Below are positions 12,752 through 41,072 of a stretch of 64,000 nt of DNA, in pieces (within the stretch, counting starts at the first letter, position 1; the number at the start of each line of letters is the position of its first letter). Source of the DNA: Paragordius varius (taxonomy: Eukaryota; Animalia; Nematomorpha); contig OZ176050.1 in NCBI GenBank assembly GCA_964247055.1, forward strand, positions 5,704,001-5,768,000. Direction: 5' to 3'. The position numbers and the translations under genes were made by a program. The notes beneath the pieces are model-generated. The model was not told the DNA's origin. It saw nothing but the letters and a program-made list of their open reading frames with translations, and searched no databases.

Positions 12752-15156
12752 CATAATCCAGATACATTCTTCTAGCAGAATATATTTATTTCATCAAGAT
12801 ATTTTTTCATGAACTCCGATTTCGTACACTTTTTAAAAAATATGATGAAAACATGGCATTTTGCGTTTGTTTTGAGAGAATGTGCCCATTTTGGACTGGG
12901 CCCCACATTTAAAATTTAAAATTTTTTAATATTGTTCTGCATTTTATATGTGGTTTGTGATATATTTTAGTTATATTTGAGGAATTTTATTTAACAAAAT
13001 GTGTTCAAATTTTGCGAGTTTTTGATAGGGAGCAGTTATTACAAAAGTGTAAATAACTTTCTTAAATTACTTGTAACAGACAAATCCAAAGCCATGATAA
13101 TTCTGATACATTTTCCTATCAGAATACATATATTTCATCAGGGTATTTGAACACAATTTTGAACGCGATTTATTCGTTTTCAAATTTACGTTAAATATAT
13201 TTTTTTTATAAAAATTCACCAAAATCAAGCAAGCGAACCGTTAAGTTTTGAAGTGATAGAAATGTTCAGCGTCATTGCATCATATAGAAAAAGTGTTTTT
13301 TTCTTATAGCCATTTTCCGTTATTTTACTTCAAATTAGCATGAAGTTCGCTTAACAAAATTTCCTAATGGTTAAATTGTTATTGAACAAAGCATATTTTT
13401 TTCAAACATATTTTTTTGATGCCACTTTTAGCATATATTCTTATGGTGCAAACTGGTCAATTTTGCGTTTGTTCAAAGAAACTCTGCTCATTTTACTGGG
13501 TTCCAAAAAATCTTTTGAATAGGCGACACAAAAAAGGTCACCATAAATATTGTTTTAATTTTTGTATATAATTTATTATATATTTAAATGACATTTTTGG
13601 ATCAAAGCATTTCACTTTCAGCAAAAAAATAAACAAAATATGTACAAATTATGTCAATATAATTACCACAAAAGTGGTATTTTTAATTTTGTAAGGCCCA
13701 GAACCAAAAGTACGCGAATATATATTTTTTTTAAATATATATTTCAACAGGATATATTTTGTGTGCACTCTGTAATATTAGATAAATTACATATTTGTTT
13801 ATTTATGGAAATCATTTGAAATGGTAAAATATATAAAAAATGCCTTATGAATTGTTGGCAGAAAAGAGAATTTTCTAAACAAAATATATAATGTTAAAAT
13901 ATCCTTAAATTATATTGAAACATATTTGGAAACAAAACTGTTTTCATTCCGGTTCCAAGTCATTTTGGGTTCCAAAGTATTTTTAAGGAGAAATTTTTCA
14001 CCGGTATTCGACTTTGTTATAATTACAGATAGCTTAGTCAAATTATTATAATGGAATGAAATCTCCATATAATAAACGAATAAACACCAAAATATATTGT
14101 TGCTTTTTGAAAAAATCTTTGAAAGCCTTAAAAAATAACTTAAAAATAAAAAATAATTTTTTTAAAGGGAACCACATCGGTCAAACATTCTATAAAAAAG
14201 TTAACAGTTCCGGTTCCGATTCTGTATTAAAATGAAAATTATTTGCTAGTTAATAATTTGAATTAGCATCAAAATTAAATGTATATATTTTGTTCTTCAT
14301 ATATTCCCAACGCAATCGTAAAAATATTGTTTAGCTTTTTTTCTTAAAATAATTATCTGGAAAAATAATTATAATATTGGATATTAGAAATTTGATAAAA
14401 AACTTTAATAGATGAAAAATGATTCTTTAATAATTTAGGAAAGTTAAAGAAGACACTATTGAAAACGCTATAAGCTACCTGTTGTTCTTTAAAATATTTA
14501 CAGTTACGTCCTTTTAATGTTAAAGTACTCAGACATAACAAATTAAAACCACTCATTACGTTTCTTAACATTGTAATAGCCATTTCTAACGGTAATATCT
14601 TTTTCCAAACCATAAATAATAGTAAATAGATAGTAAATATAATTAAGTAAAAGAATTAAAAGCTTAAAATTGTAAGCATTTTACATATCTTCTCCGTACT
14701 ACAGTGTAATTGAATGGATGGATAGTTTAGAAAAAAAGAAAATAACTGTTTAGTAATAATTTAAAAATCCAAATTCCATGTATGTATCGTAAAAGATATC
14801 TGTTGTTGAGCTGTGATAAATGGCGAATTAAATTTACCAATATTTCAATCCCCTGATGAAATAATTATCTTTTTTTGAAGTTACGTTTTTTTTATCGAAC
14901 ATATACATAAAAAAGATGCTAAATTTATTTTTTTAATCACAATTTAATTATCACCATCATTATATCAAACAACTTAATTTATTCTTATCGCTGAATTTAT
15001 ATCTATGTTTTACTAACGGTGGATTGAATTTTTAGTCCAATTTAATTTTTATATTTGTTGCTTTTACTAACAGCCACCAGATATTTTAATAAAACTTAAT
15101 GTCTCCCTTTTTTGCGATTTAAATTTTATTAGCCAAGCGCCAAACGTATATTTTCT

Positions 15157-18100
15157 ATGGAATTTGCAATGGTTGGATTAGAGGGTAATAACCCTTATCA
15201 GGATCAAAGATATTTGGGCGTAAGTGGTCCACAAAAAAGAGCATCTCTTTATATTCCCAGTAGTATTATGCGAGAAAATCGTCGCAAATCTTTTCAAACT
15301 AACACTACAAATACATCCGTTAGAACGATCATTAGTGATAAACGGAGAAAAAAATCTATATGCAGTAGTACGACCCATCCGACAAATGAATCCACATCAA
15401 TATACGATAATAATATGTTAAAAAATGAAGGGATCTCGGTAAACACCACAACTAAAGTTAGTTTGAACGATACAATAACCATTCAAAGGGATGAGCCTAA
15501 TGATAAATACAATTATTTTGATGTAAAAAATCATAAAGTAGGATCATTGAATAAAACGCTAACATCAAAGGATAAAACTTTTGTTGGAAACAACAATATA
15601 ATATCTACCACAAGGTCCCCATATTACAAAGACTTAAAAAAACCCTTTATCTCCAACCAAAATTCAGTAATCGTTCAAGATGATAGTGTTTGCTTGATAC
15701 CAAACTCGGAATCGACTGGCCAAAAAATTATTGGGAACTATGATATATATCAAAAAGATATGTTTACTCTACCTTATACTTCTGTGTCAGATTGCAAAAG
15801 ACAAAATATTGATATTAATATGAATAAATCTATTGCCAATATAAATGATGATAATAATAATAATAAGAAAAAGAATACATTTATTAATGATAAAAGAAAA
15901 ATTTATGACAATTATGATATGAATATCAGTGAAAATAATCAGATTCAAAAATATAATGATATACTTTGTTGTAGTACTGCCACCAATAATAAAAATGATA
16001 TATGTCTTGGGAAAAGCCAAAATTATATTAACCAGGGATACTTTTTGAAACCACAAACTGACAATAATCTTGCTAATGATTATTCTAGTAATCTTGTAAA
16101 AACCACCAACTTAGATTGCTTTGATGAACAATACAATGTTAATAAGAACGATTTTTATCCAAAAAATAATAGTCTCTTTACAAATTTTTCCAAAAATTGG
16201 CATAATGTATTTACCCGAACATTCCCTGCCAAATTTAATGTCACCAACAAAAACCGTGAAAGTAAGAACCCATTGAATAAGGATTCCGACAACGATTCAT
16301 TAAACAATTTATCTACTTTGGAAGCTAATTATTCCATATTTACCTCATCAAATCAACCAGCAAACAATAGAATGTTAAGTGTAGAAAAAAGTGGAGATAA
16401 TGCAGAAAACATTTTCAACTCCTCCAACCATTGGCCAGAAAATATAGAGAACAAAATATTTTGTCCTCCAGTCATATCTAATAGTGCTGAAGAAAATTAT
16501 TCACGGAGTGTGGATGTTGACTCACTTTCATCTTGGGTCTCAATCAAAAGTCGGGCATTTCCAGTGGATGAAAATTTGGCTGATTATGAAGTTTTTGACC
16601 GAGGTAGGCATAATCACACGACACTAAATTGTAATAACATCAAAATATCCCAATTCAATGTTAACGATGAGCAACCAATTGAAACTGCGCAATCATTGCA
16701 ACGGAATGGACTGGCTCTTAACACGGCAAATGCGGAAATAAACCCACCTAAAGTAGTACTCAAACACAGTAAACCTTATCACAAGAATAATGGATCCGTA
16801 TCTACAAAACCCAAGTATGAAGATTAAATTGCTATATTGAACTAAAATTAACTTTTTATGATTACGATTTACATTTTTTAACGCGTATTAAAAATGAATA
16901 ATTATAACAGGCATGTGACATTTCTGAAAAGCACATTCAAAAATTAATTAAATAAAGATAATAATCTAGTGATTTTTCATTTTCACAATCTCAATTTTTA
17001 TCATTTTATTGTTTTCTCTATAATTATATTATAAACTACATTTTTATACATATTTAGGCCAATAAGCAATGAACGTATCCTCATTAATGTGAGTGGCATG
17101 CGATTTGAAACGTTTGTGAGAACGTTAAATCGTTTCCCTCACACTCTGCTAGGTGATGGGACGCGTAGATCAAGATATTACGATTCCCTAAGGAATGAAC
17201 TATTTTTTGATAGAAATCGTTCAGCGTTTGAATCAATACTTTACTATTATCAAAGTAGGGGTCGTCGTTTGAGACGGCCCATTAATGTCCCGTTGGAGGT
17301 ATTTACCGAAGAGATAAGATTTTTTGAGTTAGGTGATGAAGCCGTGGGTCGTTTTAGGCAAGAGGAAGGTTTCCACAATGAAACCGAAGGAAAAGAATGG
17401 GATTTCGACCAAGAGTGTTACGACGATGATGATGATAATTTAACCAGTGATGAAATTTCAAATGGTGGCACACGAAAAAGTGGAGGAGTTTGCCAACGCA
17501 TAAAGCGTGAATGGAAAAAAATTAGGAAAAACGTTAAAAAGACTCAGAGAAAACTTTGGATTCTGTTCGAATATCCAGAAAGTTCTTTAAGCGCAAAAGT
17601 ACTTGCTATAATATCCGTGGTAGTTATATTGGTATCAATCATTATATTTTGTTTAGAAACGTTACCCGAATTTAAACACTACAAGATTGTAGAGAAAATT
17701 ATATGGAATAATCAGACAAACGGGTCAATACATAAAGGCAATTTCGAAGTGGAAAGTTTAAATAATCAATCTTATGAAATCATTCAAATATTGAAAGAAG
17801 ATGAAAAACCAAGGTTTAATGAGCCATTTTTCATTATTGAAACAGGATGCATTATTTGGTTTTCAATGGAATTAATGATACGCTTTTGGGCATGTCCTTT
17901 TAAACTCAAATTTTTTAGAAACGTCATGAACGTTTTTGATCTAGTCTCCATTTTACCTTATTTTATAACGTTAGGAACTGCGCTTGTACATGAAAGTAAA
18001 TTAAATAATCAAGCCATGTCTTTAGCCATACTCAGAGTCATTCGATTGGTCAGAGTATTCCGAATATTTAAATTATCACGGCATTCAAAAGGCTTACAAA

Positions 18101-19110
18101 TTTTGGGCCAAACATTAAGAGCAAGTATGCGGGAGCTAGGTTTGCTAATGTTTTTCCTGTTTATCGGTGTTGTTTTGTTCAGTAGTGCAGTGTATTTTGC
18201 CGAACAGGATAGTAAAAATTCACATTTTAAAAGTATACCCGATGCTTTTTGGTGGGCCGTGGTCACCATGACAACCGTTGGGTATGGTGATATGAGGCCA
18301 ATCAGTTTTTGGGGAAAAATTGTTGGTTCACTATGCGCAATAGCAGGTGTCCTTACTATAGCTCTTCCGGTCCCAGTTATAGTGTCAAACTTCAATTACT
18401 TCTATCACCGAGAAGTGGAAAGCGGAAACATAATAATTGATGACTTTGAAAATGACAGTGAAAAATATGATTTTGATGATGATGATCTAAGCGATGAAAC
18501 AAACGGATCCTACGGACCAAATCACAATATAGTTTCAGGTGGTATTGAAAAAAGATCGACTAAACCAAACATCGCAGAGGATACTCAACATAATATAGGA
18601 AATTATCATCACAAGATATCTTCCAATGATAATAACTTTGTTTTGGATGAAAAATATAAAGAACCAATAGTTGCGAATACAAACCATAAAATTATGGGCA
18701 AAAAATTAGAATTATCAGGGATTTTAGGACAAAGTAATTATCCTGGCTATGAAATCCTGGGCCACCATGGAAATCATATTAAAAATCTGGAAGACTCATC
18801 TTATTTGAAATTTAACCATACAAATATATATAAAACACCGAACATTAAATATAATAAAACGACGGACGCACCAAAATTAAAACAGGCAAAATTCGACCAT
18901 AAAATAACATATTTTAATAACATAGATGATTTTAATACATTTATTATACCTTCAACAAAATGCATTAAAAATTGGTGTCAAAACCAAAGTATTGGATTTA
19001 TAGATTCCTCAACAATAACTATGTCACCCAAAAAAATGGAAATGTCAAATGGAGTGGGTAAGCACGCTAAACAAATCTTAACTAACAATACCAATTTATA
19101 TTTATTGTAA
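15157..19110 (+). CDS. Shaker (Kv1/KCNA): Shaker / Kv1-family voltage-gated K+ channel with very long N-terminal region (2 exons, ~1236 aa)
   Basis: Exon 2 (17058-19110) has the T1 domain ([14 protein letters not shown]), S4 ([18 protein letters not shown]), pore (TMTTVGYGD) and S6 ([17 protein letters not shown]). Exon 1 (15157-16814) joins it through a phase-2 GT-AG intron (aa|gtatga ... tttag|g) and begins [11 protein letters not shown], a Kv1 inactivation-ball-like start. Confidence 0.92.
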
Positions 19111-19146
19111 AATATTAATTTATTATACTGCCGGTGTATTAATAAA

Positions 19147-19386
19147 TCATAAAAATATGCTAAATTTAGTATATATATGTACTTGATTAAGTGAAATGGC
19201 ATCGTTTTTTCTTGACCGTAATTATATCCTATAATTATTGATGATAAAACCTAAGTACACTATAAATGGGACAAATCCCCATTGAAAGAATATCCTAAAT
19301 ACGGTTCCCAAAAGACATATTTTATGCTTAAAAGGAGATATTTCGGTTTTATCATTTTTATCCAGCGAAAAATCAAAATCGGCCAT
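19147..19386 (-). CDS. TOMM7: Mitochondrial import receptor subunit TOM7 (3 exons, two micro-introns)
   Basis: Exons 19386-19251, 19228-19183 and 19159-19147 give MADFDFSLDKNDKTEISPFKHKICLLGTVFRIFFQWGFVPFIVYLGYNYGQEKTMPFHLINIFL*. WGFVPFIVYLG matches the TOM7 signature WGFIPLVIYLG, and the intron positions match the recalled vertebrate gene structure. Confidence 0.85.
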
Positions 19387-20151
19387 ATTCAAAAGAGTTA
19401 TTTTCCTGATGTTTGATGTGGAAAATTTGGTTACACAGAATTCTTGAACTATATTAAACAAAATATATTATAACAATATAAGTTATATGAATTTCAGCTT
19501 ATGAATAGATAAATGTATACAGTCGGAAATTCTGTAATTTTTAATTTTATATATAAAATTATACACAAAAAATACCTTGATGATTAGCTTATGTTCTGAC
19601 AAAATAAATTTATTACGACTTTTTTGGTGGTTTTTAATGGCCTTACGAACAATTAAAAAAAGCCAGTTTTGAGGAATCCGACATAAAAAAATCCCAAAGT
19701 TTTTGGTTATAGATATTTTCGGTTTTTCCATAAATATGACTAAAATATATATACCATATTGTGTACGAATTTTGTGGTTTTTTTTATAAAATATATTCTA
19801 AAGCTAAAACACCATAATAATCCTCACATATTTATCACGATGTAGTTTTGATATATAGGGTCGGGTGATAAAAAAAATTTTTTGACTTGACTTGCAAGTT
19901 TTTCAAGTCATGGCTTGCTTTCATGTGATAAAAAAATCCGCAATTTACATGTATGATCAAAATGTAAAATTATAATAAATCTTAATTATTTAGCTGCCTT
20001 TTACAATGAAAATTGTTAAAAAAACGGAAACTAAAAATTTATGTTAAAAATTGAAGTAATTAATTAAAAATTTCAGATTTCATTTTCATAGTAAATATAT
20101 TTATTGCTTCTTAAGTGTATTCTTTTGTGGATTTGGGTAGCTCAAGTCTGA

Positions 20152-20730
20152 TTAACACTTCGATTCAAATTAGGGTATCTAAATACCCCAGACTAAATTT
20201 TAGTTAGGATTTTTAAAAAACTACTGAAGAAAACGGTGCCAATTTAAATAAATGCTTCTATCCTAATAAAAAATATATAAATATGCCAAAATATCTAAAT
20301 AAAATTTTGTTGTGAAAAAATTCCATGTCACACAACTTCGACACCATGTTTATTTTACAAAATTTTTACAAAATATCGTCCATATTTATTTTTAAGGGTA
20401 AAATTAAAGCTAATTTTGTATTTAATTTTCATCTAACATTGATAGAAATAGAAAAAGCGGTTTATTTTGTATTATTTTTAAATTTACTATTTCACACATG
20501 TCACGTTGACGAATCTCTTTCAGTTTTAGCTTAAAATAAGTAATATCAAGTATTTTTGAATAAAATTTTTTATATATTTCGGTTTATTAATGTTATATAA
20601 GTGCAAATTTTGCCATGGTTTCGATTCCTTCCATATCTTTTAAGGAACTTAATTTAAACAGACCTGGGGTAACCAACTACCCCAATTTGAATCGAATGAC
20701 TTAAATGAGTGTGTTGTAACCAAGTGTTAA
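20152..20730. mobile_element. Family A piggyBac-like MITE
   Basis: TTAA|CACTTCGATTCAA ... AACCAAGTG|TTAA; opposite orientation to the 9470 copy. Confidence 0.8.
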
Positions 20731-20888
20731 ACTGATGGGAGCATTTTTAATTAAATTTTTACATATGATGTATATATTAGCAGGACATTATATTTTATAC
20801 AAATTTTAAAATTGATCTTTACAAAATTATCCATAATATTGGAATAATGTATTAATTTTTATATTAAAATGACATTTTTGGCTATTTA

Positions 20889-21448
20889 TTAACACTTGGA
20901 TACAACACATTCATTTTAGTCCTATTCAAATAGGGGTAGTTAAATACCCCAGACCTGTTTAAAATTAAATTTTTTAAAAAATATGGAAGGAATCGAATGG
21001 CAAAATTTTGCACTTGCATAATATTAATAAACCGAAATATATAAAAAAATAATTCAAAAATACTTGATATTACTTATTTTAAGCTAAAACTGAAAGGTAA
21101 AAATTTCGTCAACGTGACATGTGTGAAATAGTAAAATTAAAAAATAATACAAAATAAACCGCTTTTTCTATTTCTATCAATAGATGAAATTTAAATACAA
21201 AATTAGCTTTAATTTTACCCTTAAAAATAAATATGGACGATATTTTGTAAAATAAACATGGTGTCGAAGTTGTTTGACATGGAATTTTTCTCACAACAAA
21301 TTTTTATTTAGATATTTTGGCCTATTTTTATATTTTTTATTACAATAGAAGCATATATTGGCACCGTTTCCTTCAGTAGTCTTTTAAAAATCCTAACTAA
21401 AATTTAGTCTGAAGTATTTAGATACCCCAATTTGAATTGAAGTGTTGA
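20889..21448. mobile_element. Family A piggyBac-like MITE (inverted relative to the 20152 copy)
   Basis: TTAA|CACTTGGATACAA ... TTGAATTGAAGTG|TTGA; ends 84 nt upstream of the PDHB ATG. Confidence 0.8.
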
Positions 21449-21532
21449 TTCCTGATTTTTTACAAATAAATAATAAAAAATATTAAAAAGCAAATATTTG
21501 GGGACACACGCCCACATATATATAAACAACAC

Positions 21533-25503
<3,971 letters not shown>

Positions 25504-26606
25504 ATGTGCAATAATTTAATAAATGGTAGTGATTTTCTATAATATAAGTTCAAAAATTAAATGAAATGTTTGATTAGATATTTGGAGTTTTTAACCATGA
25601 CGTATAAATTTGTCATAACTTTTGTTGGCTTTTTTAGATTTATAAAATATTAATTTTGGCATCTCTGAGATCCGAACATTTTGACCACTTTAAAATGGGA
25701 CCACTAAAAAAATTCCGCTCGTGGGCTGCATCACAACCATCACATAACAAAGCATTATAGATATAACGAATAAATATATATATTTAAATCTCATATATAA
25801 GATCCTTTTACCTCATTTTTTAGCCTTAAATTTTAATTTGTAGGAGGTAAAAAATGCATTGAAAATTATTTTAAATATTTAGTAGCCCAAAAGCATTTTT
25901 CATAATAATATTTATATTACAATTTAGAATAATCTATGATCAGTATATAGAAATTAATCTTTTTTGATGTTGATAAACATCTATTGATATCGGTAAAAAT
26001 TAATTAAGAGACATTAAGCTTACAGAGATTGCTCATAGTTAACCTCCTATAAAATATATCTCAGCAACAACAAAATTATAAATATTAATTATGTAAACGT
26101 ATGCAAATATTTCAGTCCAGTCTTTTTTATTAATGAAAGTTAGGTCGCTCCACCCAGAGTGATGCAATCAATATTATAGGCAATGCATAAAATTTCGTTA
26201 AATCTGTGGTGTACCGTGATAAGCATTGATGTAAAAATCCCATAAAATTAAAAAATATTTTATATATTACTTAAATATATTAAAAATTTCGTTTGCGGAT
26301 TTAATTTTTACTAATTTTACAGACCAATACAATCATTTTAGAATCTATTTATTGCCGTTGTTTTAAGCTGTTCCAATAATAAGCTTGAATGGTAAAATTA
26401 TACTAATGGTCCTAAAAATATTTATTCGAGTAAGTAGAAAGTGCTTAGCATTAAATATTTTATAGACAAAAAGTGATATAATAATTAAGAGATAGACAGA
26501 AATCATTTATTTGAAAAAAACCTGTTTAGAATTAAGTTCAAAAAAAATATTTTAAAAAACACTTAATTTATATATTTATAAATTAACAATTTATTGAACA
26601 CATAGT

Positions 26607-26849
26607 TTAGGCAAACTTTTTAATAGTTTTCATAATTAATTGTAGGTGGTCAAATAAATTATTGATTGATACTCGGATGGCTTTCAGGTTAACTGATTCA
26701 AAATTTATAACAAATGCATTGTTTTGGAAGTCTATTGTTTTTATAATGTCTTTTCTGGGCTCCTGATCAATGCGTAGTACGTCATAAACTAGTGATAAAT
26801 ATTGCGGTGGGATCGGTAAAATTAAATGTGTTTTGTATGGGATGATCAT
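26607..26849 (-). CDS. LAGE3/PCC1: KEOPS/EKC complex subunit PCC1/LAGE3-like (80 aa, intronless)
   Basis: LPIP...LVYDVLRIDQEP...KTI......F.S..LKAIRVSINNLFDHLQLIMKTIKKF matches the Pcc1 pattern (L.VD.EP ... LR.S.N.F.D.L.L...T...F); length is typical. Confidence 0.8.
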   Translation of the reverse strand: MIIPYKTHLILPIPPQYLSLVYDVLRIDQEPRKDIIKTIDFQNNAFVINFESVNLKAIRVSINNLFDHLQLIMKTIKKFA

Positions 26850-27949
26850 AAAAAAGTTACTAACTGATTCAAACTATGTTTGGAGAAAGCTATTAAAAAT
26901 TTGCATAGGTTTTGTTTAATAAAAATAAATTTACTATGGAGGCTATAATAGTATGCCAAATATTTTGACGGGTCAAATAAAATCGTGTGTCTCAAGGAGC
27001 GTGCATCATATAATAACGAAATTATAGGTGTTTGACATCAATGTAGACCGATTTACTTTGAATCGGTACAACGATTTTGGGGTATATAAATCACAAAGGC
27101 CTCATGAGCCATTTAGACAAAAATAATTGATATACATATTAACAAAGTGGGCTATTTTAAATTTTACAAATCTGCTGTAATATATTAGGCCCGGCTAAAT
27201 AATCGCTTTTTGAATATACCGCTTCGCACTAAGTTAAGACAAAATAGTTGGGAGAACTTAAGCACATTATTTTAGAATATCCTTGACATTTGCTCTATCA
27301 TGCCATAATATATCTTCATTTTTTCAATTTTTTATAAATAAATCTCCTAAATTTATATTGTTGGAATCGATAAATTCTTCAACAAGATGCACATGATTAA
27401 AGCCAAATTGCATATAGAATTTTACAAAGAATAAAACATACCAAAATAAAATATTTACACCGTATTTTCCCTAAATACTGACAAATATATAATCCAATGT
27501 GTATTTAAAAACAATTTAATTCAGGCCACAAACCGCATGTATATCATGGGCCGCCGTTTGCACCTCACTGAAATATCCTATTGGTCTCGCGAAACATTTT
27601 TAAATGATATGTTCTAGAGATGCATAATCTGTGTTATAATATTTGGTTATTAAGATTTGGAAACAATTTATTTTTGTTTAGCTTTTAATAAATAATATCA
27701 GCTTATATATTTCTATGACCTAGAGTGAGCAGGGAAAAAATAAGTGCATAAACTAATATCTTAAATATATCCTTACATAATCTGTATGTAATCTAAAAAC
27801 TAAGTATACTATGTAAAAATTAAAGCTTAGAATTGTTTTTTTTCATAAAAAATAATTATCCAAGTAATATGAAAGTTGTGGTAGACCCATGTCGATACTT
27901 GCGATAGAACACGATTTTGACTATTACATATTTATTTAACACCTCTATT

Positions 27950-29070
27950 CAAATTTCTAAATACCCCAGACTAAATTTTAGTTAGGATTTTTAAAAACTA
28001 CTGAAGGAAACGGTGGCAATTGAACACTTCGATTCAAATTGGGGTATCTAAATACCCTTAAAATTAATATTCTTAAAAAACTACTGAAGGAAACGGTCCC
28101 AATTTAAATTTATGCTTCTATCCTGATAAATATTATATAAATATGCCAAAACACCTTGATAAAATTTGTTTTGAAAAAAAAGCTCTATCTCAAACTACTT
28201 CGACGCCATTTTTATTTTACAAAATTTTTGCAAAATATCGTCTTCATTTAATTTTACTGATTGTTTATTCAAATTACATCTAACATTGATAAAAATAGAA
28301 AAACGTATATTTTTTGAATTATTTTTTAATTTTACCAATTTACACATGTCACGTTGACGAAATTTTTACCTTTCAATTCTAGCTTAAAATAAGTAATATC
28401 AAGTATTTTTGAATAAAATTTTTTTTATATTTCGGTTTATTAATGTTAGATAAGTGCAAAATTTTGCCATGGTTTCGATTCCTTCTATATTTTTTAAAAA
28501 ATTTAGTTTTAAACAGGCCTGGGGTATCCAACTACCCCAATTTGAATCGAAGGACTAAAATAAGTGTGTTGTATCCAAAGGTTAAATTTATGCTTCTATC
28601 TAATAAAAAATATATAAATATGCCAAAATATCTAAATAAAATTTTGTTTTGAAAAAAAAGTTCCATGTCAAACTACTTCAACGCCTTAATTATTTTACAA
28701 AATTTTTCAAAATATCGTCTTCATTTATTTTTAAGGGTAAAATTAAAGCTAATTTTGTATTTAAATTACATCTAACATTAATAGAAATAGAAAAAGCGGT
28801 TTATTTTGTATTCTTTTTTACTTTTACCATTGCACACATGTCACTTGTCTAAATTTTAACCTTTCGGTTTTAGTCTAAAATAAATAATATCAAGTATTTT
28901 TGAATATTTTTTATATTTCGGTTTATTAATGTTATATAAGTGCAATATTTGCCATGGTTTCTATTCCTTCCATATCTTTTAAGGAATTTAATTTTAAACA
29001 GGCCTGGGGTAACCAACTACCCCAATTTGAATCGAAGGACTAAAATAAATGTGTTGTATCCAAGTGTTAA
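27950..29070. mobile_element. Tandem, partly duplicated family A MITE cluster upstream of SMARCC
   Basis: Partial left end at ~27950-28020, near-complete copy 28021-28585, then a second copy lacking its left end that finishes GTATCCAAGTG|TTAA at 29070, 50 nt before the SMARCC ATG. Confidence 0.75.
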
Positions 29071-29120
29071 GCCCTTTACCTAACGTTGCGACAAAGATAT
29101 TATACATTCATTTATAAATA

Positions 29121-40878
<11,758 letters not shown>

Positions 40879-41072
40879 TTTTATGATACATTGTTTGATT
40901 TTTTTGCATCATATGAAGATTTTTTTAAATAATATATAGATATTAAACATTTTTTTTACATGAATATATATGCGATATTGATATTTTGTAGATGTTTTCA
41001 TATACTATTTACAATATATTATATTTTGGTATTTTGATGTTTAATTTATATATAAAAATAAATTTGTGTCAA

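Noticed and set aside
18009-18395. 128-aa antisense ORF over the Kv1 pore, and similar antisense ORFs over the collagen and SLC7 exons
   Set aside because: Shadow ORFs from codon bias of the sense-strand genes; no independent evidence.
25600-26250. Short frames between PDHB and PCC1 (LLCDGCDAAHER; MGFLHQCLSR...LWVER)
   Set aside because: Superficial resemblance to PHD/CDGSH motifs or small membrane proteins, but key residues are missing and no coherent gene model could be built.
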